Shown here one piece after another: positions 20,900 to 31,200 of a stretch of DNA of 64,000 nt. Within the stretch, counting starts at the first letter, position 1; each line of letters begins with the position of its first letter. A program made the position numbers and the translations under genes. Under the pieces are notes generated by a model. The model had not been told where the DNA came from, made no database searches, and worked only from the letters and a program-made list of their open reading frames with translations. This stretch comes from a virus, in the IMG/VR virus record IMGVR_UViG_3300031658_000004, positions 2,395 to 66,394 of that record; one strand, given 5' to 3'.

Positions 20900-21931
20900 T
20901 TATTGCTCCTCCATGTACTTCCTGTATTCAGGTTTAACCTGAACTTTGAACGTATACAATTCCCGGTTGTGGATTTGTATTTGTTCCCTACATTTGACCT
21001 CTAAAGATTTAAAACATCTTGAGTCTAACTGCCCTAACTCTTCAAAATGTCTAATAGCTTCTTCAGCATTAAATCTAGCTAGACGATTAATCTTATGTTT
21101 ATCTAACCAATATTGAACATCCTTATTTCTATTAAATTTATAACTAGCATTATCTAACATATTAGCATAATCATAAAGTAAGAAAGGTTCTCCTGTAGGA
21201 TCAATAGTAGGAATTATCTTCCCAGCCATTTCTATATCCTCATCACTCGCATGGTAAACGTCTACCATCTTTTTAATGTCATCCATTAATTGTTCAGTCA
21301 TAGGAATTCTATTAGCTGATTGATTAAGGATAGTGTCAGTGGCTATCACCTCCATTTCCCCTTTCTCAATTAGATCTGCTAACACTAGTGACATGTTACT
21401 AAAGATAAAAGAATCAAAAGGAGCACTTTCATAGTTCATATTATGCTGGTAGTGATTCTCTTGACTTCTACTTTCTAATATAACATCATTACCAGTTTTA
21501 GTGTGATAGTCACTAGTTAAAGGCCTATGATCATGACAAAAGTATCCATTAGATAACTTAAACATCATCTTAGTCTGAGGGATATTAGCTACATTATGAT
21601 ACTCTTCATAAAAATTAGTATGAGGAACAATAAAATCAGCTTTCTCATAATCGTTAGTAACAGAAATCTTATGCTCTTTAAGAGAAGCTTTTAATCTATC
21701 TGTTGACACATTATGCATAGGTAAAATAAATGCTCTTTTAACTACCGATAAATCCGCGGTAGTTTCGGTCGATAAAAGGTCTTTTACTTTATCATACTGT
21801 GCTACAGATTCAGATAGAAACATATTTTCTACATTACCTGCTACAAATCCCACAGTAATCATTTCTGTAAAGCCTAAATCAGTGATTGCTAATTCATGAT
21901 CTTCTCCACAGTGTACATTCTTGCTGGCCAT
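20900..21931 (-). CDS. Hypothetical protein, third gene of MoxR/vWA module
   Basis: 343 aa, start overlaps the MoxR stop (TAATG). Confidence 0.65.
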   Translation of the reverse strand: MASKNVHCGEDHELAITDLGFTEMITVGFVAGNVENMFLSESVAQYDKVKDLLSTETTADLSVVKRAFILPMHNVSTDRLKASLKEHKISVTNDYEKADFIVPHTNFYEEYHNVANIPQTKMMFKLSNGYFCHDHRPLTSDYHTKTGNDVILESRSQENHYQHNMNYESAPFDSFIFSNMSLVLADLIEKGEMEVIATDTILNQSANRIPMTEQLMDDIKKMVDVYHASDEDIEMAGKIIPTIDPTGEPFLLYDYANMLDNASYKFNRNKDVQYWLDKHKINRLARFNAEEAIRHFEELGQLDSRCFKSLEVKCREQIQIHNRELYTFKVQVKPEYRKYMEEQ

Positions 21932-23106
21932 TACTTCACAGTCATTTTAATGATAGCTGGATTCATCATCATCTTGTTAAACTTAGCCTTATTACCGTTG
22001 AATATAGTCCTAACTACTAAGTATTTTAAGTCATCAGTTAAATAGTCTAAAGTACAGAGCTTAATAAGACGTTCTTGCACTTTTTGAGTTACGCTGTCCG
22101 TTTTAGAGAAAGCGACTGCAAAATTGGCTATACGAACGGCTAAAAGAGATGCTATGTCCGCTCTATAGGAATCATCCTTACCAATACATTCTCTTAATTC
22201 AGATAATACTTCGACTGGTCCCGTTACTATTTCCCGTGGTGTCACTAACTTATCAAGCTTGTTATTAATGAATGTAGTGAACATAGAAGCGAATTCATTA
22301 CCTACTGACCCTTCTCCAATCATTTGAACTAATGGTAACTGGTCTTCAAACTTAGGTATACTCGAGATACTATTAAAGAACGTAGATATAGATCTTGCAT
22401 TAGTCTCTTGCGTCACTAACTCAGGGTGCATCAATAAGAAATTAATACATCTAGTATCCATTCCATTCTCTTCAGCCCAACGTGCCCATACATTTATATC
22501 GAACTTTAAGTTAGCTGATATATATCTAGTCTTCTGCGCAGAATCCACACTATTAACCATGTAATCTCCATTATCAGGATTAGCGGTTAATATAATATGC
22601 CAGTCTTTAGGAAGAGTCCATGAGATATAAGTCTGTCTATCAACCAATTCCATACATGCTTGGATAAATCTTGTATCAGCTCTATTCCAGTCATCAAGTA
22701 ATAATACACCACCGGCTTTCTTGTCCGCTATCCATTCAGGAGCTGAATAACTCATTCTACTCTTCCCTGTTGTTTGGAAACCAAGCTTATGCTGTGCATC
22801 TACTGCAACCTCATCTATCCATTTACCTATTTTCTTTCCATCTTGTTCTTTCCACATTTGGAATTGTTTAATAGGAAATCCGACTAAGTCACCTAATTCT
22901 TCTATCTGTGCTAAGTTTAACTTAACAAAGTCTAGACCGTGTTTAGCAGTCATGTCCATTATACTAGTTGTTTTACCAATACCTGACTCACCTACTACCT
23001 CAATTGCTACAGGCTTCTTGCCTTGTGATTGTAAGTGACGATTGTTTGATATAATATGATCTACGAAATCGTGTAGTTCATCGATGTTTAAATTTACTTC
23101 ATTCAT
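21931..23106 (-). CDS. MoxR-like AAA+ ATPase
   Basis: Walker A GESGIGKT, GDLVGFP, Walker B LLLDDWNRA, TANP, SVDSAQKTR. Confidence 0.88.
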   Translation of the reverse strand: MNEVNLNIDELHDFVDHIISNNRHLQSQGKKPVAIEVVGESGIGKTTSIMDMTAKHGLDFVKLNLAQIEELGDLVGFPIKQFQMWKEQDGKKIGKWIDEVAVDAQHKLGFQTTGKSRMSYSAPEWIADKKAGGVLLLDDWNRADTRFIQACMELVDRQTYISWTLPKDWHIILTANPDNGDYMVNSVDSAQKTRYISANLKFDINVWARWAEENGMDTRCINFLLMHPELVTQETNARSISTFFNSISSIPKFEDQLPLVQMIGEGSVGNEFASMFTTFINNKLDKLVTPREIVTGPVEVLSELRECIGKDDSYRADIASLLAVRIANFAVAFSKTDSVTQKVQERLIKLCTLDYLTDDLKYLVVRTIFNGNKAKFNKMMMNPAIIKMTVK

Positions 23107-23129
23107 TTTGTTTAATTGTTTTAGTTTGT

Positions 23130-24302
23130 TTAATTTAATTGAATTTTTACGCCAGGCAAGTCTTCATTAATACTGCATTGAGTACTATGTACCCATAAAG
23201 CATTCTTTGGACAGTTGTTTGGGCTTGGAGCTTCGCCATCTGTTAGACATATAAATCCTGAATATTTATTCTTAGGATCGTTATAATGATCTACCACAGG
23301 TTGAAAACATGTTCCACCCCTACCTTTAATTTCCCAATTCTTCTTAGGGTCAAAGACTGATACATCAGTTATATTCATGTCAAATTGTGCTACAGTGATT
23401 TGGTTACCTGTTCTATGCATATGACATATCTCATGCATGAATTCTACTAACTCCTCACTACTAACAGATCCTGAAGTATCGACACCTACTAGCATATGAT
23501 TCTTATGCTTAATCTTCAATCCAGGATTACCAGAGTATCGCTTATTGTTCTTTCTTCTAAGCTTTTTAGTATAGATTGTAGTAGAGTTATTAATAAACCT
23601 TCTAAGATAGGCCTTCCAATTAAATTTAGGAGGCTCTATAGTAAAGAGTCTTTCAATAAGTTCAGCTAGTTCACCAGGGATTGTACCACATTGTTTCTGT
23701 ATTGTCTCTGCGGTTTGCTTCATCTGATGTTCATACTGTTTCTGTACTAACTTCTTTTCTGCTTCGGGTAAGTCACCAATTTCAGCCCATTCTTTATGGT
23801 CATATTGACTATTACCGTCCATATCTCCAAGCATTTTTTGTAGTGCTTCGTTATCTGAGTCCCCATTTTGATCACAAGTATCATTAAGTAAATCATAATA
23901 CACTTTAGTACCAGCTTTCTCTGGTAAATATATACCAGGGAATGAATCTAACTGTAATCCGCCATCTGGCAACATTCTAGCATCAATATATTGGTTGATT
24001 TCTATATCCGCCGCAATATTAAATAGCTTTTTGTTAGGGTACCTGTCTGATAATATAATATGTCCAAAAGCTATATGTAATAACTCATGTTTTAAAAGAC
24101 CTTGTTGATGTTCTTCACTAAGATCCATAAAGAAGTCTGGGTTAATTACTAACCTCATACCTATACCGTGTTTTCCTACACCTGCGGTCGCACAACTCAT
24201 AGTAAATTGCTTTTGCAATCCTATAAGAAATATACCGTAGAAAGGCTCTGAAAATATCAACGTTTTTGATATTCTAGAAAGTTGTTCCTGATTTGTTCTC
24301 AT
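23130..24302 (-). CDS. Metallopeptidase + vWA domain protein (DUF2201-like)
   Basis: HELLH zinc motif, NIAADIEIN; MIDAS DTSGS, GRGGT, LTDG. Confidence 0.88.
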   Translation of the reverse strand: MRTNQEQLSRISKTLIFSEPFYGIFLIGLQKQFTMSCATAGVGKHGIGMRLVINPDFFMDLSEEHQQGLLKHELLHIAFGHIILSDRYPNKKLFNIAADIEINQYIDARMLPDGGLQLDSFPGIYLPEKAGTKVYYDLLNDTCDQNGDSDNEALQKMLGDMDGNSQYDHKEWAEIGDLPEAEKKLVQKQYEHQMKQTAETIQKQCGTIPGELAELIERLFTIEPPKFNWKAYLRRFINNSTTIYTKKLRRKNNKRYSGNPGLKIKHKNHMLVGVDTSGSVSSEELVEFMHEICHMHRTGNQITVAQFDMNITDVSVFDPKKNWEIKGRGGTCFQPVVDHYNDPKNKYSGFICLTDGEAPSPNNCPKNALWVHSTQCSINEDLPGVKIQLN

Positions 24303-24391
24303 TTATCGTCTTTTTTAAATTTAGTGAAGAATATAGCTTCTAGTATACAAATTATACATATTACTCCCCAAACTATTAATAATGTTTTCAT
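24299..24391 (-). CDS. 30-aa membrane micropeptide (not in ORF track)
   Basis: MKTLLIVWGVMCIICILEAIFFTKFKKDDK; ATGA overlaps at both ends. Confidence 0.6.
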   Translation of the reverse strand: MKTLLIVWGVICIICILEAIFFTKFKKDDK

Positions 24392-24642
24392 TTTTCTAAT
24401 CTTTTTTCGTCCATGCGATCCTCCAAGTGAGAATCGTGCATTTTTTCTGCGTATTCATAATCCTTTTCAGGTTCTTCAAAGAAATCTTCACATGAATCAC
24501 ATATAAAACCTTCTTCAGGTTCTGCATGCTCTTTACATTCAGTGCAAAGTCCTTGAGAGATGTCGGACCCACAGCAATAGCTGTCCCCGTCATCATTGTC
24601 TGTGTATTCTGCCCCACAGCATGGGCTTACTAAATCTGTCAT
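24388..24642 (-). CDS. Small Cys-rich zinc-finger protein
   Basis: SPCCGA, SYCCGS, CTECKEH, CDSC. Confidence 0.65.
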   Translation of the reverse strand: MTDLVSPCCGAEYTDNDDGDSYCCGSDISQGLCTECKEHAEPEEGFICDSCEDFFEEPEKDYEYAEKMHDSHLEDRMDEKRLEK

Positions 24643-24661
24643 AATATAATTTTAATTGGTT

Positions 24662-24694
24662 AACAAAAAAGAGCCCTGTTAAGGGCCCTTTGTT
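24662..24694 (-). terminator. Intrinsic terminator
   Basis: Minus strand AAAGGGCCCT-TAAC-AGGGCTCTTTTTT. Confidence 0.8.
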
Positions 24695-25124
24695 ATAATT
24701 GTTTGATAAGTTCTACTACTTCATCTACTTGCTTCTTATTACGAGGCATAAATAGTACATAGTTTAGATTATTATCTTTAAGGTGCTTCTTGAATAGTTT
24801 CCATCTTAATGGGAATGATTCATTTGCATAGCCTTTAGTTTCAATAACCCATTTACCTCTAGGGTCTACAAAATCAGGAGTATATGTAATAGGTCTAATT
24901 TTACTACCTTTGTTATATAGTTTCTTTGGTGTCCCCTCATAACATGCTTGAGGATATAACAATGCATCAAATATAGTAAAGGTATATGCTTCATACTCCA
25001 CTGGTATACTGGCCTTTTCAAGTTCTTTATAACAATAGAGTTCTAAATTAGATTGGAAATTATGCCCGTCATATGTTGACTTCTTGGCATTCTTAACTTT
25101 CGAGTACTTTTGTTTATATCCCAT
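24693..25124 (-). CDS. PD-(D/E)XK endonuclease (DUF1064 / T7 endonuclease I-like, putative resolvase)
   Basis: FQSNLE, YTPDF, IETKG. Confidence 0.85.
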   Translation of the reverse strand: MGYKQKYSKVKNAKKSTYDGHNFQSNLELYCYKELEKASIPVEYEAYTFTIFDALLYPQACYEGTPKKLYNKGSKIRPITYTPDFVDPRGKWVIETKGYANESFPLRWKLFKKHLKDNNLNYVLFMPRNKKQVDEVVELIKQL

Positions 25125-26284
25125 TATTCTACAGTATTTACTTGGAACATTCCTTCATACCCTCTAGTACTATGATAAATATGCATTTGCCCAACACGTC
25201 TCGTGCCTACATAGGCTCTACCTTTATGCCACTCATCATTACCACATATACTTGGGATATGTCTTACTTTAGTCCCCATGATTTCGTCTACTAACTCTTT
25301 ATGTATATGTCCTACTAATGCCTCTCTATAAAGACACTCACTCCACATAATAGGTTGTTCAGTAGCCATAAGTAAAGGTATATTCTGTCTTTTTACTTTA
25401 TCTCCATGAAAATTCAAGAACATGTTCTTCCCATACTGATAGTACTTTCTTTCATTCAGTGAATTATCAACGTTAATATTAGGGTTGTTAGCATATCTAG
25501 ACTCTAACAATTCTCCAATATAAAACATTCTTTCAAAGTCATGATTTCCTTGTACAATAACAACATCTACTGGAATCCTCTTTGATAACCATGTAATAGC
25601 TACGTCCATTAGTTGCCAATAGCCTCTAAAAGATTGTCTCCATCCCATATAATCATCTTGTGGTGTTCCCGCAGTAGTTGCTTTACTCAAACCTTCAGAA
25701 TTCATACCGTCATTACCTATAGGCATTAATAACCTCTCTATGTTAGATCCTTTTGCTTTCTCCCATAGTTCCATTACTACTTGCATATAGTGCTCTTCAA
25801 TTGCTTCCGGACCTTCGCCCGTAATCTTTCCATAATGTATATCCGGTAAGGATAATACACCCAATGAAGGACTTGTTTTAGGTTTGTAAGAATATTTACT
25901 AACTTGTGGTGATTTCTTTCTTACCTGCGCTAGAAAATCTTCTTTAGCAGACTCTAATTCATGCCATCCGTTTAACGGGACAACAGAGTATCGATGATCA
26001 CCTGTGCTAGTTTGCCAGAACTTAACAGACTTAACGTCCTCTAAGCTTAGACCAATATTTGATAAATGATTTTTAAAACCTTTATCATCTATCTCATTTA
26101 CATTCTCATTTGAAAATTCTTGTACAGTACCTTTGTACTCTTTGTAAACATCTGCCGCTACTTCCTTTTTACATTCAGTAGCTAAGTGTAAACCAATGCC
26201 TAGCTTTTTAGCTACCCATTCATTCCCTTTCTTTAGATATCCGCGTTTCTGTTGTAGAAACTTTATCACTTCTTGTTTGTCCAT
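25124..26284 (-). CDS. Calcineurin-like metallophosphoesterase
   Basis: DIHYG, GND, GNHD, HGD, GHIH motifs. Confidence 0.85.
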   Translation of the reverse strand: MDKQEVIKFLQQKRGYLKKGNEWVAKKLGIGLHLATECKKEVAADVYKEYKGTVQEFSNENVNEIDDKGFKNHLSNIGLSLEDVKSVKFWQTSTGDHRYSVVPLNGWHELESAKEDFLAQVRKKSPQVSKYSYKPKTSPSLGVLSLPDIHYGKITGEGPEAIEEHYMQVVMELWEKAKGSNIERLLMPIGNDGMNSEGLSKATTAGTPQDDYMGWRQSFRGYWQLMDVAITWLSKRIPVDVVIVQGNHDFERMFYIGELLESRYANNPNINVDNSLNERKYYQYGKNMFLNFHGDKVKRQNIPLLMATEQPIMWSECLYREALVGHIHKELVDEIMGTKVRHIPSICGNDEWHKGRAYVGTRRVGQMHIYHSTRGYEGMFQVNTVE

Positions 26285-27269
26285 TTATTATGTATTTAAG
26301 TATATTAAGTGAACCTCCTATACTAGAGACCAAATCAGATGGATCTTTCGATTCATACTCATCAGGGATATATACATTTACAAGATTAAACTCTTCACAG
26401 ATTTTACGTGCCATTGTTTGACCAGGATTATTAGGTTTATCATAATCATTGTCGTATAACACATATACTTCCTTAAATCTAGTTTGTAAGTCTTTTATTA
26501 ATTTTTTATCAGGATTCTGCATTTCGCTTTGAAGGGCGATTGCGTTATATCCTGCAGTATAAAGACACATAACATCTTTTAAAGAAGAGGTAAGGAATAC
26601 CATGTTCCCGGTATCAGGAAGTTGGTTTAGTCCTTGAATATCAGTAGATTTTACATTACTACTCCATTTAAACTTATCTCCAAAGGGAGAATAAATTTTG
26701 AAGCGATTGCCAAATTTATAGGCATAAGTAATTGATTTACAACTGAATCTGTTTCCGTTCACCCAGTAATGAGATATTGGTTCGACGTCAAAGATAACTA
26801 AAGTCTTCTTACTTATGAAGTATTTAGTCCAAAACTTTTCATCCTCTTGCGAAAACTGCCTACGTTTCTTTAGTATAAGAGTATGAGATTCTGTTATCTT
26901 AGGTTGTCGTTGCTTATATCCCATAGCACCCATTGTAAATGCTACTTCGGATGTTTGAGCATTGAGTTTTAAATTAAAGTCGCAATCTATAATGCGTAAA
27001 GCGGATGTAAAGTTACAAGAGAATTTATGTTGCACGTATCTGAAGCAGTTGAATGAATGATCTGAATGTCCAAAGTCTTTATATAACAACTTACCATTCC
27101 AGGCCACAATAGATGCAGTTGGTTTTCTATCAGGTCTTAACTCACTGCAGAAAGGTTTGTTTAGTTGTTTAAAGCTAGGGCAATAATACACAAAAATGTC
27201 ATACTCAGTAATTTTACTAAGTATGACATCTGTGTGTAAATAATCTTCACTGCCTCGAGCTTCTATCAT
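26220..27269 (-). CDS. DNA primase (TOPRIM)
   Basis: SELRPDRKPT..YKDFG N-terminal domain; TSSLKDVM, YDND, KDPSD. Confidence 0.85.
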   Translation of the reverse strand: MIEARGSEDYLHTDVILSKITEYDIFVYYCPSFKQLNKPFCSELRPDRKPTASIVAWNGKLLYKDFGHSDHSFNCFRYVQHKFSCNFTSALRIIDCDFNLKLNAQTSEVAFTMGAMGYKQRQPKITESHTLILKKRRQFSQEDEKFWTKYFISKKTLVIFDVEPISHYWVNGNRFSCKSITYAYKFGNRFKIYSPFGDKFKWSSNVKSTDIQGLNQLPDTGNMVFLTSSLKDVMCLYTAGYNAIALQSEMQNPDKKLIKDLQTRFKEVYVLYDNDYDKPNNPGQTMARKICEEFNLVNVYIPDEYESKDPSDLVSSIGGSLNILKYIINGQTRSDKVSTTETRISKERE

Positions 27270-28066
27270 GCAAATGGATCAGCTTCTTCTACAGTTTGTC
27301 TTTCATTTTGAGGTTTCTCTGGCATAGTCCAGTCATCATCCTCATTTAAAGCATCTGGAGATACTAGATCTGCAGTTGGTGAATGTTCTCCCCATTTAAG
27401 ATCTGCATTAAAGTCTGCATTGAATGTACCATAGTCATCCTTTAACATTTTAATAAACATATCATCTCTTTGTGGTTTGATTCTACCAAAGTACTTAGTA
27501 TAAATAGTTTGATATTTATCATCTTTAACACCTACTAAGACTCTTACCATGTTCTCTTTTAACGCTCCTACTAAACTCTTAACTTCTTTAACGTTTCCAT
27601 TAACGATGTCTTTGATAGTCTCATAAGATACTTTACCACCTGTAGCAACATTCGCCCAAGATTTAGTAAAATGAATTAAAGTTTCTTCTCCGATGTAAGC
27701 TTTTCTTTGTCCTTCAGCACTCCACCAGTCATAGTCAGGCCCATTATCATCTGCCCATGTAGATTGACCTGTTGAGTTAATCCATTGAAATTTACCACCT
27801 GCTTTAGTCTCTCTTACTTCATTAGAAACTAAAATATCTAACTTAGTAGTTAATTCTTCATTCTTTAACCAGAATGTAATTTTAGTACGATCACCAAAAC
27901 TAGTTGATAGAGCATAACTTGGCTCTGTCTTAACATTGATACCTAATGCATGTAACTCATCCATTGTAGGGTTTACTGCAATTACTGTGAAGTTTGATAT
28001 ACCTGAGTATAACTGGATTCCTCCGCCTTGTACTACCTCCGTACTTTTGTTGCTTTCTATAGCCAT
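27266..28066 (-). CDS. Putative ssDNA-binding/annealing protein
   Basis: Between the Sak4-like ATPase region and primase; acidic tail ending EEADPFA like SSB tips. Confidence 0.55.
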   Translation of the reverse strand: MAIESNKSTEVVQGGGIQLYSGISNFTVIAVNPTMDELHALGINVKTEPSYALSTSFGDRTKITFWLKNEELTTKLDILVSNEVRETKAGGKFQWINSTGQSTWADDNGPDYDWWSAEGQRKAYIGEETLIHFTKSWANVATGGKVSYETIKDIVNGNVKEVKSLVGALKENMVRVLVGVKDDKYQTIYTKYFGRIKPQRDDMFIKMLKDDYGTFNADFNADLKWGEHSPTADLVSPDALNEDDDWTMPEKPQNERQTVEEADPFA

Positions 28067-28086
28067 TTTATTTAATTTTTATTGGT

Positions 28087-28590
28087 TTATAATTCAAAGG
28101 TGTCGAAGTCATCTTCAACAGTTTCTTCTACTTCCATCTCTTGTTCTTTAACTACTTCTAAAGTTTCTTCTATAGTAGGGGGAGTACCTAAATCATCCTC
28201 ATACTCTGTCGGACTTAACATATCAATGATAGCTTCTTGTGTTTTCTGCATACTTTCATTAGCAAATGATACCTCTTCTATAGCGTCTGCTATACCCTCT
28301 TCTAAAGTTACTTGATTAGGATCTACCTCTTCTAATACCTCATCGATATTATCTACTTGGTGTCCTGAATCATCCATATCATCTATAAATGTAAATGATA
28401 ACTTAGGAGAAGGTCTTCTACCCGCTAATTTAGGATTCTTAAAGATTCTATCTATTTCCCATTTTCTGATGTTATACTTCTCCATCATATCGCTTTTATT
28501 AAGCCCACCCTTAAGATCTGCGTCGATCATAGATGTGGTAATCTGTTTTGGCGTGTCGTTTGTGTTCACGCTCTGTCTGTTTTCAATCAT
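28087..28590 (-). CDS. HTH-containing protein with long acidic tail
   Basis: GLNKSDMMEKYNIRKWEIDRIF HTH-like; D/E-rich C-terminal half. Confidence 0.55.
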   Translation of the reverse strand: MIENRQSVNTNDTPKQITTSMIDADLKGGLNKSDMMEKYNIRKWEIDRIFKNPKLAGRRPSPKLSFTFIDDMDDSGHQVDNIDEVLEEVDPNQVTLEEGIADAIEEVSFANESMQKTQEAIIDMLSPTEYEDDLGTPPTIEETLEVVKEQEMEVEETVEDDFDTFEL

Positions 28591-28604
28591 GTTTGTTTAA
28601 TGTT

Positions 28605-29306
28605 TTAATCTATAAATATTTCTGACCATTCTAAAGGCATGGTCTTACCCTTTAAGTGTTCACATCTACTACCAGCAACAATATCATCTAAAGAATCAAA
28701 ACTAACCATAGTTATATCATCTTCTCTGTATATGTAACCAACTGCATCTGCATTTGCACAAGTTATTTGTTTGATCTTTCCGGTAAGGTCAATATCTTTG
28801 ACTGCAACCTCTTTACCTTTCTTTTCAAGCATCTTGTCTTTTAAGTGTCCAACTAAGATTATATGATCCGCTAGTATACTCAACTTGTCTATCCATTTCT
28901 TATAGGCCATTCTTAAATATAAGTAGCCAGCGCCATTAGGCAATGCTAGAATTGACATACCAGGGTTCTTTGTCTCAAAAGTACTACCCATAGGAGTTTT
29001 CATATAAATTTGTTTACCTTCTTCTTCACACCATTCCTCTAACTTAGAGATAGTGTCGATAGCAATATATTTATATGGTCTTCCTTCCTTCATAATAGCT
29101 TGACCCAATTGGTTAAGCTCAGCTAAACTATTTACTTTTACTTTCAAAGCATCTACCATATCAGACCCATTTTCTAGGTCTATAATTAGACAGTTATCAA
29201 GTTTGGTTAATACAGAGGTCTTCCCTATTTTAGGGGCTCCATATATTATCATGTTCTTTGGCGATTTACGGCTAGCCTTTACCTTCTTCGTTGGTAATTT
29301 CATCAT
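28605..29306 (-). CDS. AAA_24 / Sak4-like ATPase
   Basis: IIYGAPKIGKT, IIDLENG, IAIDT. Confidence 0.85.
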   Translation of the reverse strand: MMKLPTKKVKASRKSPKNMIIYGAPKIGKTSVLTKLDNCLIIDLENGSDMVDALKVKVNSLAELNQLGQAIMKEGRPYKYIAIDTISKLEEWCEEEGKQIYMKTPMGSTFETKNPGMSILALPNGAGYLYLRMAYKKWIDKLSILADHIILVGHLKDKMLEKKGKEVAVKDIDLTGKIKQITCANADAVGYIYREDDITMVSFDSLDDIVAGSRCEHLKGKTMPLEWSEIFID

Positions 29307-29442
29307 CGAATTTTTTCATATTGGTTAATAATTTGTCATTTTGTCCTTCTCTCTTTAAGTAATCATTTAACTGTGAAGCTAAAAACATACCAAATAATAT
29401 ACCTATCCCTAATACTACTATAAAAATTACTGTAGTGGTCAT
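29272..29442 (-). CDS. 56-aa membrane-anchored protein (not in ORF track)
   Basis: MTTTVIFIVVLGIGILFGMFLASQL...; ATGA overlap with upstream ORF. Confidence 0.6.
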   Translation of the reverse strand: MTTTVIFIVVLGIGILFGMFLASQLNDYLKREGQNDKLLTNMKKFDDEITNEEGKG

Positions 29443-29636
29443 ATTAAATCTTTCTTACTTAAGTTATTTTCTGTCATTATCTGATCTAACTTATTTTGTA
29501 GACCTGATGCAGTAGCAGAGGGATTTGTGCTTAGGCCGCTTAAACCTTTTAAAGTATGTCGTTTCTTTGCACTCTTTATAGACCGTGTAAGATTTTTACA
29601 TATCTCAAGCACTTTAGTCTTTAATTTATCTGTCAT
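29439..29636 (-). CDS. Hypothetical protein
   Basis: 65 aa in operon. Confidence 0.6.
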   Translation of the reverse strand: MTDKLKTKVLEICKNLTRSIKSAKKRHTLKGLSGLSTNPSATASGLQNKLDQIMTENNLSKKDLI

Positions 29637-29641
29637 TTTAA

Positions 29642-30589
29642 TTATTTTTTTCTTTCATTAATTGTAAACGTACTCATGTCAGCTTCAAACGGTATCATAC
29701 CTAGTAAACCATCTCGGTTCTTTTCAATATGCACTGCTAATAAACCAACAGGATCTTGTTGACAATATAAATCTGTTATACCATACAAATCATATGGTCT
29801 TTGTAACATCATAACAACGTGGGCATCTTGACCTATACTATCACCTCCGAATAAATCCGTTAGTAATGGTTGGTACTGTGCTTTAGCTCTATGTTCTTGT
29901 TCTATGTTTCTGTTAAGCTGTGATAAGAGTATGTTTATAACACCCATCTTAGCTTGCATCCACATACAACCTTTAGATAATCTATCTAACTTTTGTAGTT
30001 CATTATCCGCTTTACCGGCTACTAATCTACTGTGATCAAATACATTGATTATCATTCTATCAGGTAGTGCTGCTGTCATCTCTACACATGTCTCTTTAAT
30101 ATAGTCTATCGTTCGAGGTATGTTATTAAATAAGATAGGGTATTTCTTGTATACACTTACCTTTTCTTTATATAATTCAAACTCATCTTGAGACAATTTA
30201 GTTTCTACAGATAGTAGGTCTAACACTTGCTTCTTAACATCTTTAGATCCAGCCCTAAGTATTTGTTGATGCCCAGGCATTTCAAAACTCCAATATAATA
30301 CTACTACCTTCTTAGTTACGTTAGTATCTAATAAGTCAAATATAAGTTGATTTGAAAATGCTGATTTACCTACTCCAGGTCTACCGGCTATGACATACAT
30401 CTTACCAGGTTGTAATCCACCTAATAAGTTAGTGTTAAGGCGCTTCCATTTAGTAGGTAGTACCTTTCTTTGTCCTAACATTCCGGTTCTTACTTCGTTG
30501 ACTGATGTTTCTACTGATTTCTTTATGCTGGAAAAACCCCTTGTTTTAAAGAGTTCTCGTAATGCGTGGTCTTTGTCCTGATTCTCCAT
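29642..30589 (-). CDS. dnaB: DnaB-like replicative helicase (C-terminal domain only)
   Basis: AGRPGVGKS, SFEM, LLSQLNR, IGQDAHVV, KNRDG. Confidence 0.9.
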   Translation of the reverse strand: MENQDKDHALRELFKTRGFSSIKKSVETSVNEVRTGMLGQRKVLPTKWKRLNTNLLGGLQPGKMYVIAGRPGVGKSAFSNQLIFDLLDTNVTKKVVVLYWSFEMPGHQQILRAGSKDVKKQVLDLLSVETKLSQDEFELYKEKVSVYKKYPILFNNIPRTIDYIKETCVEMTAALPDRMIINVFDHSRLVAGKADNELQKLDRLSKGCMWMQAKMGVINILLSQLNRNIEQEHRAKAQYQPLLTDLFGGDSIGQDAHVVMMLQRPYDLYGITDLYCQQDPVGLLAVHIEKNRDGLLGMIPFEADMSTFTINERKK

Positions 30590-31112
30590 TTTCTGTTTGA
30601 TTTTGTTCGTTTAAGTCTTCGTATTTTTCCCATGTATGATTGTTAATCCACACCTCTAGGTTCTGTAAATACCCTAAATTGTGCTTATCTACTAACAATT
30701 GTTTATCTAAGCACTTCATAATATACCTGTGCTTTTGGGCGTTGTCGTTAATTACCCTCTTATATTTATCCTTAGCTTTTTGATTAGACTTAGCATCAGG
30801 ATCTAGTGAGTGTAATACACGAACTCCCCGGTTAGGGGCATTGACTTTAAATGGATATGTTCCAACCAACTCTGCAAACATTGCTCCAAAATTGGATATG
30901 AAAAGATCGATGAACTCCTGCCTAACTACATGAGTTTGAGGGGATTCACCGAGCTTTACATAACCATTCTTCTGCAACTCTACTAAACTTGGTTTTAAAT
31001 TAAGGTTGTTCAAATATGTAAAACCTTTCTTATACACAATATATAGATAAGTGTAATCATCAGCAGACATTTGAGTCTCTTGAAGTGTACTAAAATCTAT
31101 TTTTATTTCCAT
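30546..31112 (-). CDS. Putative replication initiator/helicase loader
   Basis: Immediately upstream of dnaB; wHTH-like N-terminus and YP...WIN..TWE C-terminal pattern. Confidence 0.5.
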   Translation of the reverse strand: MEIKIDFSTLQETQMSADDYTYLYIVYKKGFTYLNNLNLKPSLVELQKNGYVKLGESPQTHVVRQEFIDLFISNFGAMFAELVGTYPFKVNAPNRGVRVLHSLDPDAKSNQKAKDKYKRVINDNAQKHRYIMKCLDKQLLVDKHNLGYLQNLEVWINNHTWEKYEDLNEQNQTENGESGQRPRITRTL

Positions 31113-31152
31113 GGTATAAAGGTTTCTTTTACAGCTGAACAGAACATTACCG

Positions 31153-31160
31153 CAAATATA
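31153..31160 (-). promoter_or_regulatory. Bacteroidota sigma70 -7 element upstream of replication operon
   Basis: TATATTTG matches TAnnTTTG, in the intergenic gap. Confidence 0.7.
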
Positions 31161-31200
31161 CTAAAATTTTTCATATAACGTATCTTTATTTAATTTTTAT

